Part shown: in pieces, positions 44,313-53,360 of the stretch
Layout of the letters: the number at the start of each line of letters is the position of its first letter
Position numbering within the stretch: position 1 is the stretch's first letter
Notes under the pieces: generated by a model
Databases searched by the model: none
Seen by the model: the letters and a program-made list of their open reading frames with translations, nothing else
Told to the model about the DNA's origin: nothing
Made by a program: the position numbers and the translations under genes
Origin: a virus
Length of the DNA stretch: 64,000 nt
Strand: one strand, 5' to 3'
Virus record (IMG/VR): IMGVR_UViG_3300035181_001203
Location: 32,001-96,000 of that record

Positions 44313-44723
44313 TTAATACCTATTATTTCTAATCAATATATCATGTGGAAGTCTAGCCATTTCTCTATAGTTTTCATCTATGTAAGCTTGTTCACCAACA
44401 AAATCATTATAGCTATTTAACTCATTTACAATTTTATGATAATTAGGTTCTTCCTTTTCAGCCTTTTTATGTGCTCTATTACTATGTATTAAATTAGCAA
44501 TACCTAAACCAATAATAGCGCCACCAGCACCAGCTAAAGCACTATTAGTTAATCCAGATTTGGTTGCAGCACCTAATCCAGCACCAGCAGCTAAACCAAT
44601 TAAAGCACTTTTACCATAAGGGCCATCTGTAGCATTCATATGACGTTGAATCATATTATCATATGATTTCTTAGCTTTAAAATGTTTAGATTGAAAATCT
44701 AATGCAATCTTAATAATAGACAT
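44313..44723 (-). CDS. SLIKLA-leader glycine-zipper membrane protein
   Basis: MSIIKIALD...ALIGLAAGAGLGAA...ALAGAGGAIIGLGIANL. Confidence 0.8.
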   Translation of the reverse strand: MSIIKIALDFQSKHFKAKKSYDNMIQRHMNATDGPYGKSALIGLAAGAGLGAATKSGLTNSALAGAGGAIIGLGIANLIHSNRAHKKAEKEEPNYHKIVNELNSYNDFVGEQAYIDENYREMARLPHDILIRNNRY

Positions 44724-44846
44724 TATTACCTCCAGTTATTCATATTTTGGAATTTATGTTTTTATAATATAAAGAAGCGGTTAACATATTTCTACTATCT
44801 TGATTAATGCCAGTTCCATAAATCGTAGTTGTTGATATCCAACTCT

Positions 44847-44942
44847 TTATCTAAGTAATCCACGACGTTTGTTAGCAATACCAGTTAGTGTATGATATAT
44901 TAAAACATTTGAGGTTATCTTTACCAGTTTAAATAAACTCAT
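44847..44942 (-). CDS. Short or decayed SLIKLA-leader ORF (31 aa, absent from track)
   Basis: MSLFKLVKITSNVLIYHTLTGIANKRRGLLR*; ATGA overlap with the upstream gene. Confidence 0.4.
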   Translation of the reverse strand: MSLFKLVKITSNVLIYHTLTGIANKRRGLLR

Positions 44943-45184
44943 ATTTTCTTCCAAGTCTGCGTGAACTCTTCTGGATTGAACAATGACCCCTGGACTCCAT
45001 TATCCACTTTTTTAACCACCTTTTCAATAGTTTTCACGGCAGGAGTAATTTCAACTCCAGATCGTCTAACTTCTCCCCAAGCCTTAGCAGCAGCATGTCC
45101 TGGTTTCATTCCACCTTTAACAAGATCATGAAATATTGCAGCTACTTGCGGTGGAAGTTTAGCCGATAGTTTAATTAAACTCAT
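44939..45184 (-). CDS. SLIKLA-leader small protein
   Basis: MSLIKLSAKLPPQVAAIF... Confidence 0.75.
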   Translation of the reverse strand: MSLIKLSAKLPPQVAAIFHDLVKGGMKPGHAAAKAWGEVRRSGVEITPAVKTIEKVVKKVDNGVQGSLFNPEEFTQTWKKI

Positions 45185-45309
45185 TTTTATTTTCCATTAA
45201 TTTATCAATATTAATTTTATTTTTATCAATAGTTTTTGAAAGAAATTAAAGTATTTTTATTTTGATACCTAGGCATTATTTTTGTTACCGTATAGCCCCA
45301 TAAATTCAT

Positions 45310-45504
45310 TTAGCTAAAGCTTGGATTTCTCCGATTTTTTTTTGTGTCATCTTTGAGATGCTTGACAGGAATTTCAATAGCTTGTTTAAATAAACCTTTA
45401 GCAATAGGAATATTCCAATTAGGCCCCATACCTTTTTTTACCTTAAAAGCATTAGGAATATCTGTTCTCGGGCCTGATTCGATAGCTAATTTAAATAAAC
45501 TCAT
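45310..45504 (-). CDS. SLIKLA-leader small basic protein
   Basis: MSLFKLAIES... Confidence 0.7.
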   Translation of the reverse strand: MSLFKLAIESGPRTDIPNAFKVKKGMGPNWNIPIAKGLFKQAIEIPVKHLKDDTKKNRRNPSFS

Positions 45505-45818
45505 TATTTCTTTCCTTCACTTTTCTTATGCTTTAAATGTCTATGAAGTCCATAAGCAGCAGCAGCTAAACCAACAGCACCAATTAAGCCACCAACTTTA
45601 CGACTAGTTAATAGTTTTTTAACTGATTTTTTAGTTTCAACTTTAGGAGCGGCACTAGGAGCGGCACTAGGAGCGGCACTAGGAATTGTAACTTTAGGTT
45701 TAATACCTGATTCATCTTGAGGATGAATTTCCCAAGGTCTAGTTTTTAAAGCTTCCGCATTAGCAGCATCCATTTCCGCTTGCGTAACTCGTTTACCGGC
45801 AAGTTTGATTAAGCTCAT
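45504..45818 (-). CDS. SLIKLA-leader protein with PSAA repeats and C-terminal Gly-rich helix (start corrected from 45833)
   Basis: MSLIKLAGKR...; 12-bp unit aggagcggcact x3 at 45645-45680; VGGLIGAVGLAAAAYGL. Confidence 0.8.
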   Translation of the reverse strand: MSLIKLAGKRVTQAEMDAANAEALKTRPWEIHPQDESGIKPKVTIPSAAPSAAPSAAPKVETKKSVKKLLTSRKVGGLIGAVGLAAAAYGLHRHLKHKKSEGKK

Positions 45819-45961
45819 TTCTTCATCCCCCAATTAAGAATGGTTTTATTAGGTTTAGTTCTCATTTGTGGCTTTTGTCTTTGAGTAGCTGGCAGTAAAC
45901 GTGGATCTTGATCGTTTTGAGCTATAGTAGAAACTTCTAGGGCTAATTTAATAAGGCTCAT
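45815..45961 (-). CDS. SLIKLA-leader protein (48 aa, absent from track)
   Basis: MSLIKLALEVSTIAQNDQDPRLLP...NWGMKK*; ATGA overlaps at both ends. Confidence 0.7.
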   Translation of the reverse strand: MSLIKLALEVSTIAQNDQDPRLLPATQRQKPQMRTKPNKTILNWGMKK

Positions 45962-46359
45962 GGCTCAATTCCTTTTAGTAACCAATCCATTGCTGGATCC
46001 ATATAATTAGCATGTGTAAATGTTGATATATACCTACAATTTTTATTTATTCCACCAGCATTAATTAAAGCTCTATTTAGTTCACTTAATTTTGCACTAG
46101 AATCATAAATTATAGCACTTCTATTTAATCCACGGCCAACTAGATAAGCATTTGCTATCGCCATTAGCTTAGCAGTATCACCACAAATATGTTCAATATT
46201 AATTAAATTTAATAGTAGCCCAAAATTCTTAGGTAATTTTTTTGTAATATTATTTATAAATTCTTCTGGAATTGCTTCTAGGTCATGACGACAAATACGA
46301 CCATGAAATTCAATACTTAATCCCCATTTATTTATATCTATTTTATAATTTTTATTCAT
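45958..46359 (-). CDS. STAS/SEC14 (SpoIIAA-like) domain protein
   Basis: Alpha/beta pattern with LLLNL, GLNRSAII and terminal AMDWL. Confidence 0.5.
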   Translation of the reverse strand: MNKNYKIDINKWGLSIEFHGRICRHDLEAIPEEFINNITKKLPKNFGLLLNLINIEHICGDTAKLMAIANAYLVGRGLNRSAIIYDSSAKLSELNRALINAGGINKNCRYISTFTHANYMDPAMDWLLKGIEP

Positions 46360-47063
46360 GTTAATCCTCTATTATTTTTAGAAAGATATTCAGGATCAAC
46401 AGAAATTCCTTTATAAGTAATTTTATTTAATTCACCATTAAGATCAATTAGAGTTTTCTTTGCATCTGATATTGTCCAGTTAATAACAACAACAACATAA
46501 TCAAAAATTATTTTAGTTTTAATTGTATTATTTGTATATATATCATCATCGCATACATCGTTAATAACATTATATAATTGTCTTATATGATCTGAATTCC
46601 AGTAATTAAATCTATCAATTACAACTTGTGGAATTTTTTGATCTAATGCTTTTGCTTCATATCTTCTTACAATTTCATTGATACATTCTAGCATTCTTGT
46701 ATGATATGCTGTTGGAGTTAATTTTTCTAGATCACCTTTTTTTAGAAAATTTTCAAACGAATGTCTAATTGATGATAATTTAAAAATTAAAAAATCTTTA
46801 AAAATTGCATCACGAAGTCTTTCTGGAATATATAAATTTTGAATTTCATAACTTAAATATGTTTTCAAACTATAGAACATATGATGATCTATTAAATCTT
46901 TCTGTTTTATTATTATACTTCTCCTTGGTTTTTTTATTTTTATCCATAAATATTTGAAAATTAATATATTTGCAAAAACAAAAGTTATCAAAAGTACATA
47001 AACTATAATATCATACATTGTATGCCAACTTAAAAAATCAATAATTAATTTTGTTAATTCCAT
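46356..47063 (-). CDS. Membrane protein with N-terminal TM (lysis-related?)
   Basis: IIVYVLLITFVFANILIF followed by a basic stretch. Confidence 0.5.
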   Translation of the reverse strand: MELTKLIIDFLSWHTMYDIIVYVLLITFVFANILIFKYLWIKIKKPRRSIIIKQKDLIDHHMFYSLKTYLSYEIQNLYIPERLRDAIFKDFLIFKLSSIRHSFENFLKKGDLEKLTPTAYHTRMLECINEIVRRYEAKALDQKIPQVVIDRFNYWNSDHIRQLYNVINDVCDDDIYTNNTIKTKIIFDYVVVVINWTISDAKKTLIDLNGELNKITYKGISVDPEYLSKNNRGLT

Positions 47064-47064
47064 T

Positions 47065-47832
47065 TTAATGATTCCTTGATCTATCTAATACATAATAAGT
47101 TATTGCGCCAGCTATAAATGACCCAACAATTTTATAAACAGTTTTTTTATTTTCAATTACTAATGTTTTTTGTAAATTTTTGATTTCTTGATCTGAAATT
47201 TTATCTTTATCCTTTAATGAAACTATAAGTACGTCTTGATTATTCTGTATATTTTTAAGATCTTGTATAAGAGAATCTTTTAGTCCCATTCCTTCTCTTA
47301 AAGCAAAATTTGACTTAAGAAGTATATTATTATTCTCTGTAAGAATAGGCCCATTTACGTGCCAATTTTCTGCATCATAAACGAGATTATAGGTAGTAGG
47401 AGCAGTTAATAAAAATTTATTCTCAGGTGTAAATTCAACTTGTTTATCATTATACATTGCATATATTTTTTCTTTTACTTGTTCAGCATTTTTAGCCATT
47501 TCAATATGTTGTGTTTTTTGTAAATTATCTACTTGCTTATTAAGTACGGCTATTTGAGCGTCCTTAACTATAACTAACTTTTCTTTATCTAATGCATTTT
47601 TCTTGATATCCGCAATAATTGATTCTTGTGCTTTTATTTGCACATCCTTTAAATTTCTATCTTTTTCAAGTAATTGATAATTTGCATTCAAATTTTGTAA
47701 TTTTTTATTAATATAATATCCATAAGTACCAGCAACTATTACTATAAAGGCAACTATTACAATTCCATACTCATAAATTTTATTTTTAATTTTAAAGAAG
47801 ACTTCAATTAGTCCTGTCATAATTATGTCCAC
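47065..47832 (-). CDS. Coiled-coil membrane protein, spanin-like
   Basis: N-terminal TM, long coiled coil, C-terminal hydrophobic segment. Confidence 0.45.
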   Translation of the reverse strand: MDIIMTGLIEVFFKIKNKIYEYGIVIVAFIVIVAGTYGYYINKKLQNLNANYQLLEKDRNLKDVQIKAQESIIADIKKNALDKEKLVIVKDAQIAVLNKQVDNLQKTQHIEMAKNAEQVKEKIYAMYNDKQVEFTPENKFLLTAPTTYNLVYDAENWHVNGPILTENNNILLKSNFALREGMGLKDSLIQDLKNIQNNQDVLIVSLKDKDKISDQEIKNLQKTLVIENKKTVYKIVGSFIAGAITYYVLDRSRNH

Positions 47833-48218
47833 TAGGCAACTGGCGTATTTCCTGATTGATTAGAAGCAAATTTTAACTCATTAATTTTATTAACAACAGC
47901 CTGTAAACCACTGATTCCCATTCCACTACCCATCAGTACTAGAACTTCCCCTGGAATTTTTATTTCGCGTAAAGTAGTAACACAAATCAAAATAAAACCA
48001 CCAATACCCCAAACCAAATTATTTATTCTAGTATGCGAATAAGCTCCATCGTTCCCAGTTAAAGCTTTATCTAATCGAGATATTATTCCTAAAAATATAT
48101 TATTGATTAATCCTAAAAATTTTTCAAAATATATTCTTCCGGCACTAATATATCCGGTGATCAATCCAATTAACAGATAAGCAACACAATATATGTATAT
48201 ACGCATAATTCCTCTCAT
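47832..48218 (-). CDS. Putative holin
   Basis: 128 aa with about three hydrophobic segments. Confidence 0.45.
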   Translation of the reverse strand: MRGIMRIYIYCVAYLLIGLITGYISAGRIYFEKFLGLINNIFLGIISRLDKALTGNDGAYSHTRINNLVWGIGGFILICVTTLREIKIPGEVLVLMGSGMGISGLQAVVNKINELKFASNQSGNTPVA

Positions 48219-48238
48219 TAAAATAGTATCATAGTTTA

Positions 48239-48267
48239 AGCAAAAATGCTATGAGTTTTGTTATAAT
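48239..48267 (+). promoter_or_regulatory. Conserved phage promoter with 5' hairpin
   Basis: AGCAAA-N17-TATAAT, then ggattagcaaat-ttt-atttgttaatct. Confidence 0.7.
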
Positions 48268-48905
48268 CTATATAAGGAAGGATTAGCAAATTTTATTTGT
48301 TAATCTAAATCCTATAAAAAGGAGGAGTTATGTAATAAAAATTTTTTTAGAAGAGTAATAAAGAATAAAAAAGGAGGAAAGTATGAAACCTTTCAGTCCA
48401 CAAATTCCGTGGCATCCTTTTGAACCACCACCAAAGAAAAACTTTTAAAACTACATTATCCAAAATGGATACGAATGTGGGATTTACGTTTAGTAAAAAT
48501 AATTAAGAAAAACAAAGTAACATAAAGCATTGGCGCTATTTCTGATAGGAATTTTTCTTTAGAATCAATTTCATTAGCAAAATTTCAACAAAAATTAATC
48601 TTATACAAACATATATTTTTAGGAGTCCAATTGTAACATACGATCTAGATAATCATAAAATTTATTAACTAGGAGTATTTATGAATGCTATTCATGATTT
48701 AATTGATAAAGATCCTTTTTTTGTTTATACAGAAATTTACAATATGCGTCATATTACAATTCGTCTTAAGCTTAAGATTATATCAGCATGTTTAAATGAT
48801 CAGAAAAATATTTTCTTACATAAAATAGATTATAAAACTAGAAATTCAAAAATTTATGACGCTGCTGAGTCTTTAGATAGAGTGATTTTGAAAAATAAAA
48901 AAGTA

Positions 48906-48942
48906 TAGACTCCCATGAAAGATGTGCTACAATAATAGCACA
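48906..48942 (+). promoter_or_regulatory. Sigma70-like promoter with overlapping palindromic operator
   Basis: TAGACT-N16-TACAAT with TG extension; tgtgcta-N6-tagcaca at 48923-48942. Confidence 0.55.
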
Positions 48943-48956
48943 GAGGGAGTTATGAA

Positions 48957-49133
48957 ATGGAACCATCTAAAATATGCCGTAGGAAGTTTATAACCTGTAG
49001 AGTATCTAAAGAAGAGAAAGAAATTATTGATAGCAATGCGTTGAAATCTGGTAAAGATATATCAACGTTTGTTAGAGATAGGCTTCTTCTTACGGACAAA
49101 GAATTTTTAAAAGAGTTGCTACAAAAAGCGTAA
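48957..49133 (+). CDS. Ribbon-helix-helix protein (58 aa, absent from track)
   Basis: MEPSKICRRKFITCRVSKEEKEIIDSNALKSGKDISTFVRDRLL... Confidence 0.75.
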   Translation: MEPSKICRRKFITCRVSKEEKEIIDSNALKSGKDISTFVRDRLLLTDKEFLKELLQKA

Positions 49134-49210
49134 GTAGATTCGCTATATAGAAATATCTACATTACACGAATCATGTTATAAGCATGATTCTATAAGCTAT
49201 GAGGCTTATT

Positions 49211-49660
49211 ATGTCAATGAATAAAATCATCATTCATGGATTTCTTGGACAAGATCCAAAAACTAAGACTTTGGCAGACGGAAAAATCGTCTGCCAGTTT
49301 TCGGTTGCCACCACAGAGAATTGGAAGAATCAGGCTGGCGAAAAGCAAAGCAAGACTGAGTGGCACAACGTGGTGGCGTGGGGCAAGCAAGCCGAAGTTA
49401 TTGGAAAGTCCTTTGTTAAAGGACAAGAAATTATTGTTGAAGGAAAAATGGAATATAAGAAAGATAAGCAGGATGAAAAGAAGATTTGGCCTACCATCAG
49501 GCTTATTAATTTTGATTTTTGCGGAAAGAAAGGATCTAGTTCAAGCGGTTATGTTCCTGATTCTAGTGATAGTGGTCCTGATTATGGAAGCGATAATCAT
49601 GATCATGGATCATCGTCAATTTCCACTCCATCAAATGATGATGATGATATCCCATTTTGA
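49211..49660 (+). CDS. ssb: Single-stranded DNA-binding protein
   Basis: MNKIII.GFLGQDP, FSVATT, TEWHNVVAWGKQAE, acidic DDDDIPF tail; terminator at 49677-49706. Confidence 0.97.
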   Translation: MSMNKIIIHGFLGQDPKTKTLADGKIVCQFSVATTENWKNQAGEKQSKTEWHNVVAWGKQAEVIGKSFVKGQEIIVEGKMEYKKDKQDEKKIWPTIRLINFDFCGKKGSSSSGYVPDSSDSGPDYGSDNHDHGSSSISTPSNDDDDIPF

Positions 49661-49720
49661 AGTAATTAATTAACTGAAAACGCCCCCGGTTAAGGGGGCG
49701 TTTTTTATTTTGGAGTTCCT

Positions 49721-50725
49721 ATGAATACCTCTTGGTATAACACCAGGGCAGGTAGAGAATGGCGTATCTTAATGCAAGATATGACAAATGTTTTCCCTGG
49801 AAACAACAACAAATACATTGAATCTTTTGCTACATTAATTGGAGCTTTTTGTGGCATTAGTCCTAACGTTATTCTTGGATGGATTGTTGATGGAAAAATA
49901 CCATCTATTGATAACCTACAAAAGACATTAGACATATTTGTTGAAAGAATGAAATACCGTCCACGAACTATGGAATTAATCATTGAATCTACTCGTCATT
50001 TCAAGAAGGAAATAAGAGAACAGCCTTATCTTGAAGATAAGATTGAACGTTTGAATAAATATCTTAGAAAGAATACTCTTTTATTGGATCGTCTTGTTGA
50101 AAAGTATTGTGATCCTCCAATTTTAATTACAGCTAGAATTACTGCTTTTAATAGTAATACAAATAAATATCATGTTCATTTTTATAATTTTAAAAAAAGT
50201 AATACAGCTTTCATGAGAGAAAGAATCAATACTTATAATCAAATTAAAAATCTTATTGAAAGTACTTCAGTCCGTGATCAAGTTGCAGGACATATTAAAA
50301 ATAAGAACTTTGTCATTAACCTAGATCTTGAAAATTCTATAAAGGAAAAATAACAAATGGATATTAATCTTGCGACTTCTTTAATTAATGATAGAAAGTT
50401 AATTTTCTCATATATTCGCAATCCTACAACTAACAAAAAAGTTGGAATGTTAGTTGCATGGAAAGCTGAAGAGGTTGTACAAATCTCTTATAGTCTAGTA
50501 AATCCAGGGGATAAATTTGATAGGATGCAGGGTATTCTTGAAGCATCCAATAAGATTTTTGATGACTCATATCTATTATCAGAAAATAAGATAGTTCAGA
50601 TTGATCATGAGCTTACACTTAGTTTTCTTAGAAGAACTATTCAATATTTTAAAACATCAAATATTTGTATTCATCTTCCAATTTTAAAAAGGATTTCTCA
50701 TGCTAAAGCTTCATCCGAGTCTTGA
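49721..50725 (+). other. Two hypothetical genes (49721..50353, 50357..50725)
   Basis: RBS-preceded ORFs. Confidence 0.7.
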
Positions 50726-51059
50726 GAAATTCCTTAATAATAATTATAAATACTCTAGGGTTCTAATTTCAGCTATAGAAATTAAAGGAATTTTACATCT
50801 TCTCGTACCATCACAGTGTCCTTGCTGTGATGGTATGGGAAAGTATCTTTGCGAATCTATGAGGGATCATGTTTTTACACAAGAAGATCTTCAGAAAGAT
50901 CCAAATTTTCATGAAGATATGATTCGAGGAAAATATGATGTTCCTTGCGAAGTTTGTATGGCTGAAGGCTATGTAATGACATTGGCACATGATGAAATAA
51001 ATAAAGATTTGTTAAATGGCTGGCATAGACAAATTCAAATAGAAATGGGAGAATTATGA
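50700..51059 (+). CDS. Zinc-finger protein (CxxCxGxG type)
   Basis: CPCCDGMG and CEVCMAEG. Confidence 0.6.
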   Translation: MLKLHPSLEKFLNNNYKYSRVLISAIEIKGILHLLVPSQCPCCDGMGKYLCESMRDHVFTQEDLQKDPNFHEDMIRGKYDVPCEVCMAEGYVMTLAHDEINKDLLNGWHRQIQIEMGEL

Positions 51060-52003
51060 CTTCAATTATTTTTCATTCTAGCTGCCCTGATGGAATCGTC
51101 GCAAAAGAAATGATGCGATCTTCTGCGGATCTTTTGAACTATATCTCGATTGAATGTGTCCCTTTTCAATATGGAGGAAAAATTGCAGATCGTCATTTAA
51201 ATTTTCAAAGTATTTGGGTAGATTGCTGCCCTGAAGATGAGGAAGACTTTTACAATGGTCTTACTCATGGCTGCATCTATATTGATCACCATGAAACAGT
51301 AAAAACCAAGTTTCAGAAATGGTATTCTAAGTTTCCTGAGCAACTTATTTTTGGCGAAACTGCATTTGGAAATAGTGGATCAAGTTTAACCTACGATTAT
51401 CTCATTAAGCAGTTCCGTAAAGAAAACGTTGACAATAGAGATATCAAGGATTTTGATGAAATCTACCTTGATATTAAGAAACTTGTCGCATTAGCTGATA
51501 CTTGGCAAGTTGATCATAAGGATTTCAAAAAGGCTCGGGCAATGTCATCACTTATTGCTACGGTTGGTAATGAAATTGATATTCCTAAATGTCATCATGG
51601 TCTTTTGAACATGGCTCTTGCCTTTGAAAAGAATAAGCAACAGCAAGATGCTCGTAAAGCTGAAAATATTCATCTTCATGCTATTGGCAATTTGAATGTT
51701 GCGATTCTGAACGATAACCATATTTCAGATATTGCAGAAATTCTTAGAAATAGAGAAGAAAATCACGCTGACTTAATTGTTGGCTTTTTTTATGTCCCTG
51801 ATGGGGATACTTTTAAAGTAGTTTATTCATTGCGATCAAATGATGTATTTGATTGCAGTAAATATGCTAAATCAAACAACGGTGGCGGTCATGTTAAAGC
51901 TGCTGGTTTTTCAGTCAGAATTGGATATACTGATACTATATTTGATCCAATTAATTATTTCAAAACTAATCTTTCAACATATTTAAAAGAGACTCTATCC
52001 TAA
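51056..52003 (+). CDS. DHH/DHHA1 phosphoesterase (NrnB-like)
   Basis: H..CPDG, VD, IDHH, SG, YSLRS and GGGHVKAAGF motifs. Confidence 0.92.
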   Translation: MTSIIFHSSCPDGIVAKEMMRSSADLLNYISIECVPFQYGGKIADRHLNFQSIWVDCCPEDEEDFYNGLTHGCIYIDHHETVKTKFQKWYSKFPEQLIFGETAFGNSGSSLTYDYLIKQFRKENVDNRDIKDFDEIYLDIKKLVALADTWQVDHKDFKKARAMSSLIATVGNEIDIPKCHHGLLNMALAFEKNKQQQDARKAENIHLHAIGNLNVAILNDNHISDIAEILRNREENHADLIVGFFYVPDGDTFKVVYSLRSNDVFDCSKYAKSNNGGGHVKAAGFSVRIGYTDTIFDPINYFKTNLSTYLKETLS

Positions 52004-52117
52004 AAAGGAAATGTATTGAACTTTTAGAATCTGTGGGACAAGAAACAAATCAATTAGTCTTGCGTCATTACGGCGACAAGACAATCTCTTAAACCAGCGC
52101 AATAGGGGAAATCTAAT

Positions 52118-52390
52118 ATGCAGATTTCTAGTTTAGATGCAGAAAAATTTATTAAAAATATTATGCATAGCAATAGTTTTACGACAAAGCAAATTCTAAA
52201 GATCTTGGCTACTTCAGCAGATGAATTAGAATTTCCATTTCCCTATGAACAAATTATGATGAGTCCAACTAGTCGTAAGGATAGTTTTATACTTTATATT
52301 AAAAACGACTCATCTAAAACAGGGGATTTAAAACTGAAAAAGCTGGTTAAAGAGATACTTGAAGAGAATAATCATCCAATTTTCATCTAA
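52118..52390 (+). CDS. Hypothetical protein
   Basis: AGGGG RBS; followed by a strong hairpin. Confidence 0.6.
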   Translation: MQISSLDAEKFIKNIMHSNSFTTKQILKILATSADELEFPFPYEQIMMSPTSRKDSFILYIKNDSSKTGDLKLKKLVKEILEENNHPIFI

Positions 52391-52423
52391 ACTATTGGCT
52401 CCCGAAAGGGAGCCAATAGTTTA
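52388..52423 (+). terminator. 16-bp perfect stem with GAAA loop
   Basis: taaactattggctccc-gaaa-gggagccaatagttta. Confidence 0.8.
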
Positions 52424-52427
52424 GCTA

Positions 52428-52456
52428 TGCAATTTATTGTATTTATTTGTTATAAT
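52428..52456 (+). promoter_or_regulatory. Conserved phage promoter
   Basis: TGCAAT-N17-TATAAT-ATATATG. Confidence 0.75.
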
Positions 52457-52462
52457 ATATAT

Positions 52463-52705
52463 GAAGAACGGTTTAGGGAATAACCGGCCTTGATTCCTGC
52501 GTTCTCAGGAATAAAGAAATTGGGTTATTGACCCAAAGGGTCAACCTAATTCCCTATAGAGTAGGCGATCTCTATAAATCCTAAAAAGGAAAAAAAGACG
52601 CAGCTTGGATTAGGCGAGTGGGATAGCTGATCACAAGTAGTTAGACGGGAACCACCGACCCGGCCAATGGCGAAGTTTTATAAAGCGGTGTCCCATTTTT
52701 CTTTT
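52463..52705 (+). ncRNA. Candidate multi-hairpin non-coding RNA or long structured leader
   Basis: Follows the promoter; only a 10-codon ORF at the start; GC-richer; at least five consecutive stems; U-tract at the end. Confidence 0.55.
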
Positions 52706-52754
52706 AAAAAAAAGGATTAGCATTTTTTTAACCTTTTATATCTCGGGAGATAAA

Positions 52755-53201
52755 ATGGAACGTCAAACTATTATAATGTTCGATCTTGAACAAACGATTA
52801 TAGATAGCTGGAATTCTGGTTGTCCACTATTTAAGAAAATAACATTTATGAATAATTATATAAATCAGTTATCATTAGATAGCATAAAATTTGGTATCTT
52901 TTCATTTGCAATTGATCTCGAACATGAAAAACAAGAGGGAATTAATTTAGCATCACATATAAATCGTAATATTGATCCTAAGTTTGTTACTTGCTGGAAA
53001 GAATTAGAAGATCTTTGTAAATTTAAGACTGATTCATTACAAAAATGGGAAATTGTAAATCTATTTGGAAAAGATGGTATGTTTCTTCTTTGGAGTAATC
53101 AATTTCCTGATTTTGATTTTATTCTTTTTGATGATGCTCTCAATTTTAAAAAACAAATTATTCAACGTGATGGGCAGACAATCACTATGATAAGAGTTTA
53201 G
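52755..53201 (+). CDS. HAD-like hydrolase-fold protein
   Basis: IMFDLEQTIID (motif I-like), IFS, K and ILFDD. Confidence 0.55.
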   Translation: MERQTIIMFDLEQTIIDSWNSGCPLFKKITFMNNYINQLSLDSIKFGIFSFAIDLEHEKQEGINLASHINRNIDPKFVTCWKELEDLCKFKTDSLQKWEIVNLFGKDGMFLLWSNQFPDFDFILFDDALNFKKQIIQRDGQTITMIRV

Positions 53202-53360
53202 GAGTTTTTTATGAAAAGAATTAATTTTTTTACCAACATAAAAAATCAAGAAAACTTTAATTGTTGGTTAAAAGTAATCAATAGTTTTGTAATAAATATT
53301 TAATTCAATATTGTATGATTTATGGATATTTTATTTTTAAAAGGCCAAAGCAATAAATAA

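Noticed and set aside
52610-52700. tRNA-like cloverleaf or CsrB-like GGA sponge
   Set aside because: No TTCGA T-loop or canonical arm lengths, and most GGA motifs lie in stems rather than loops.
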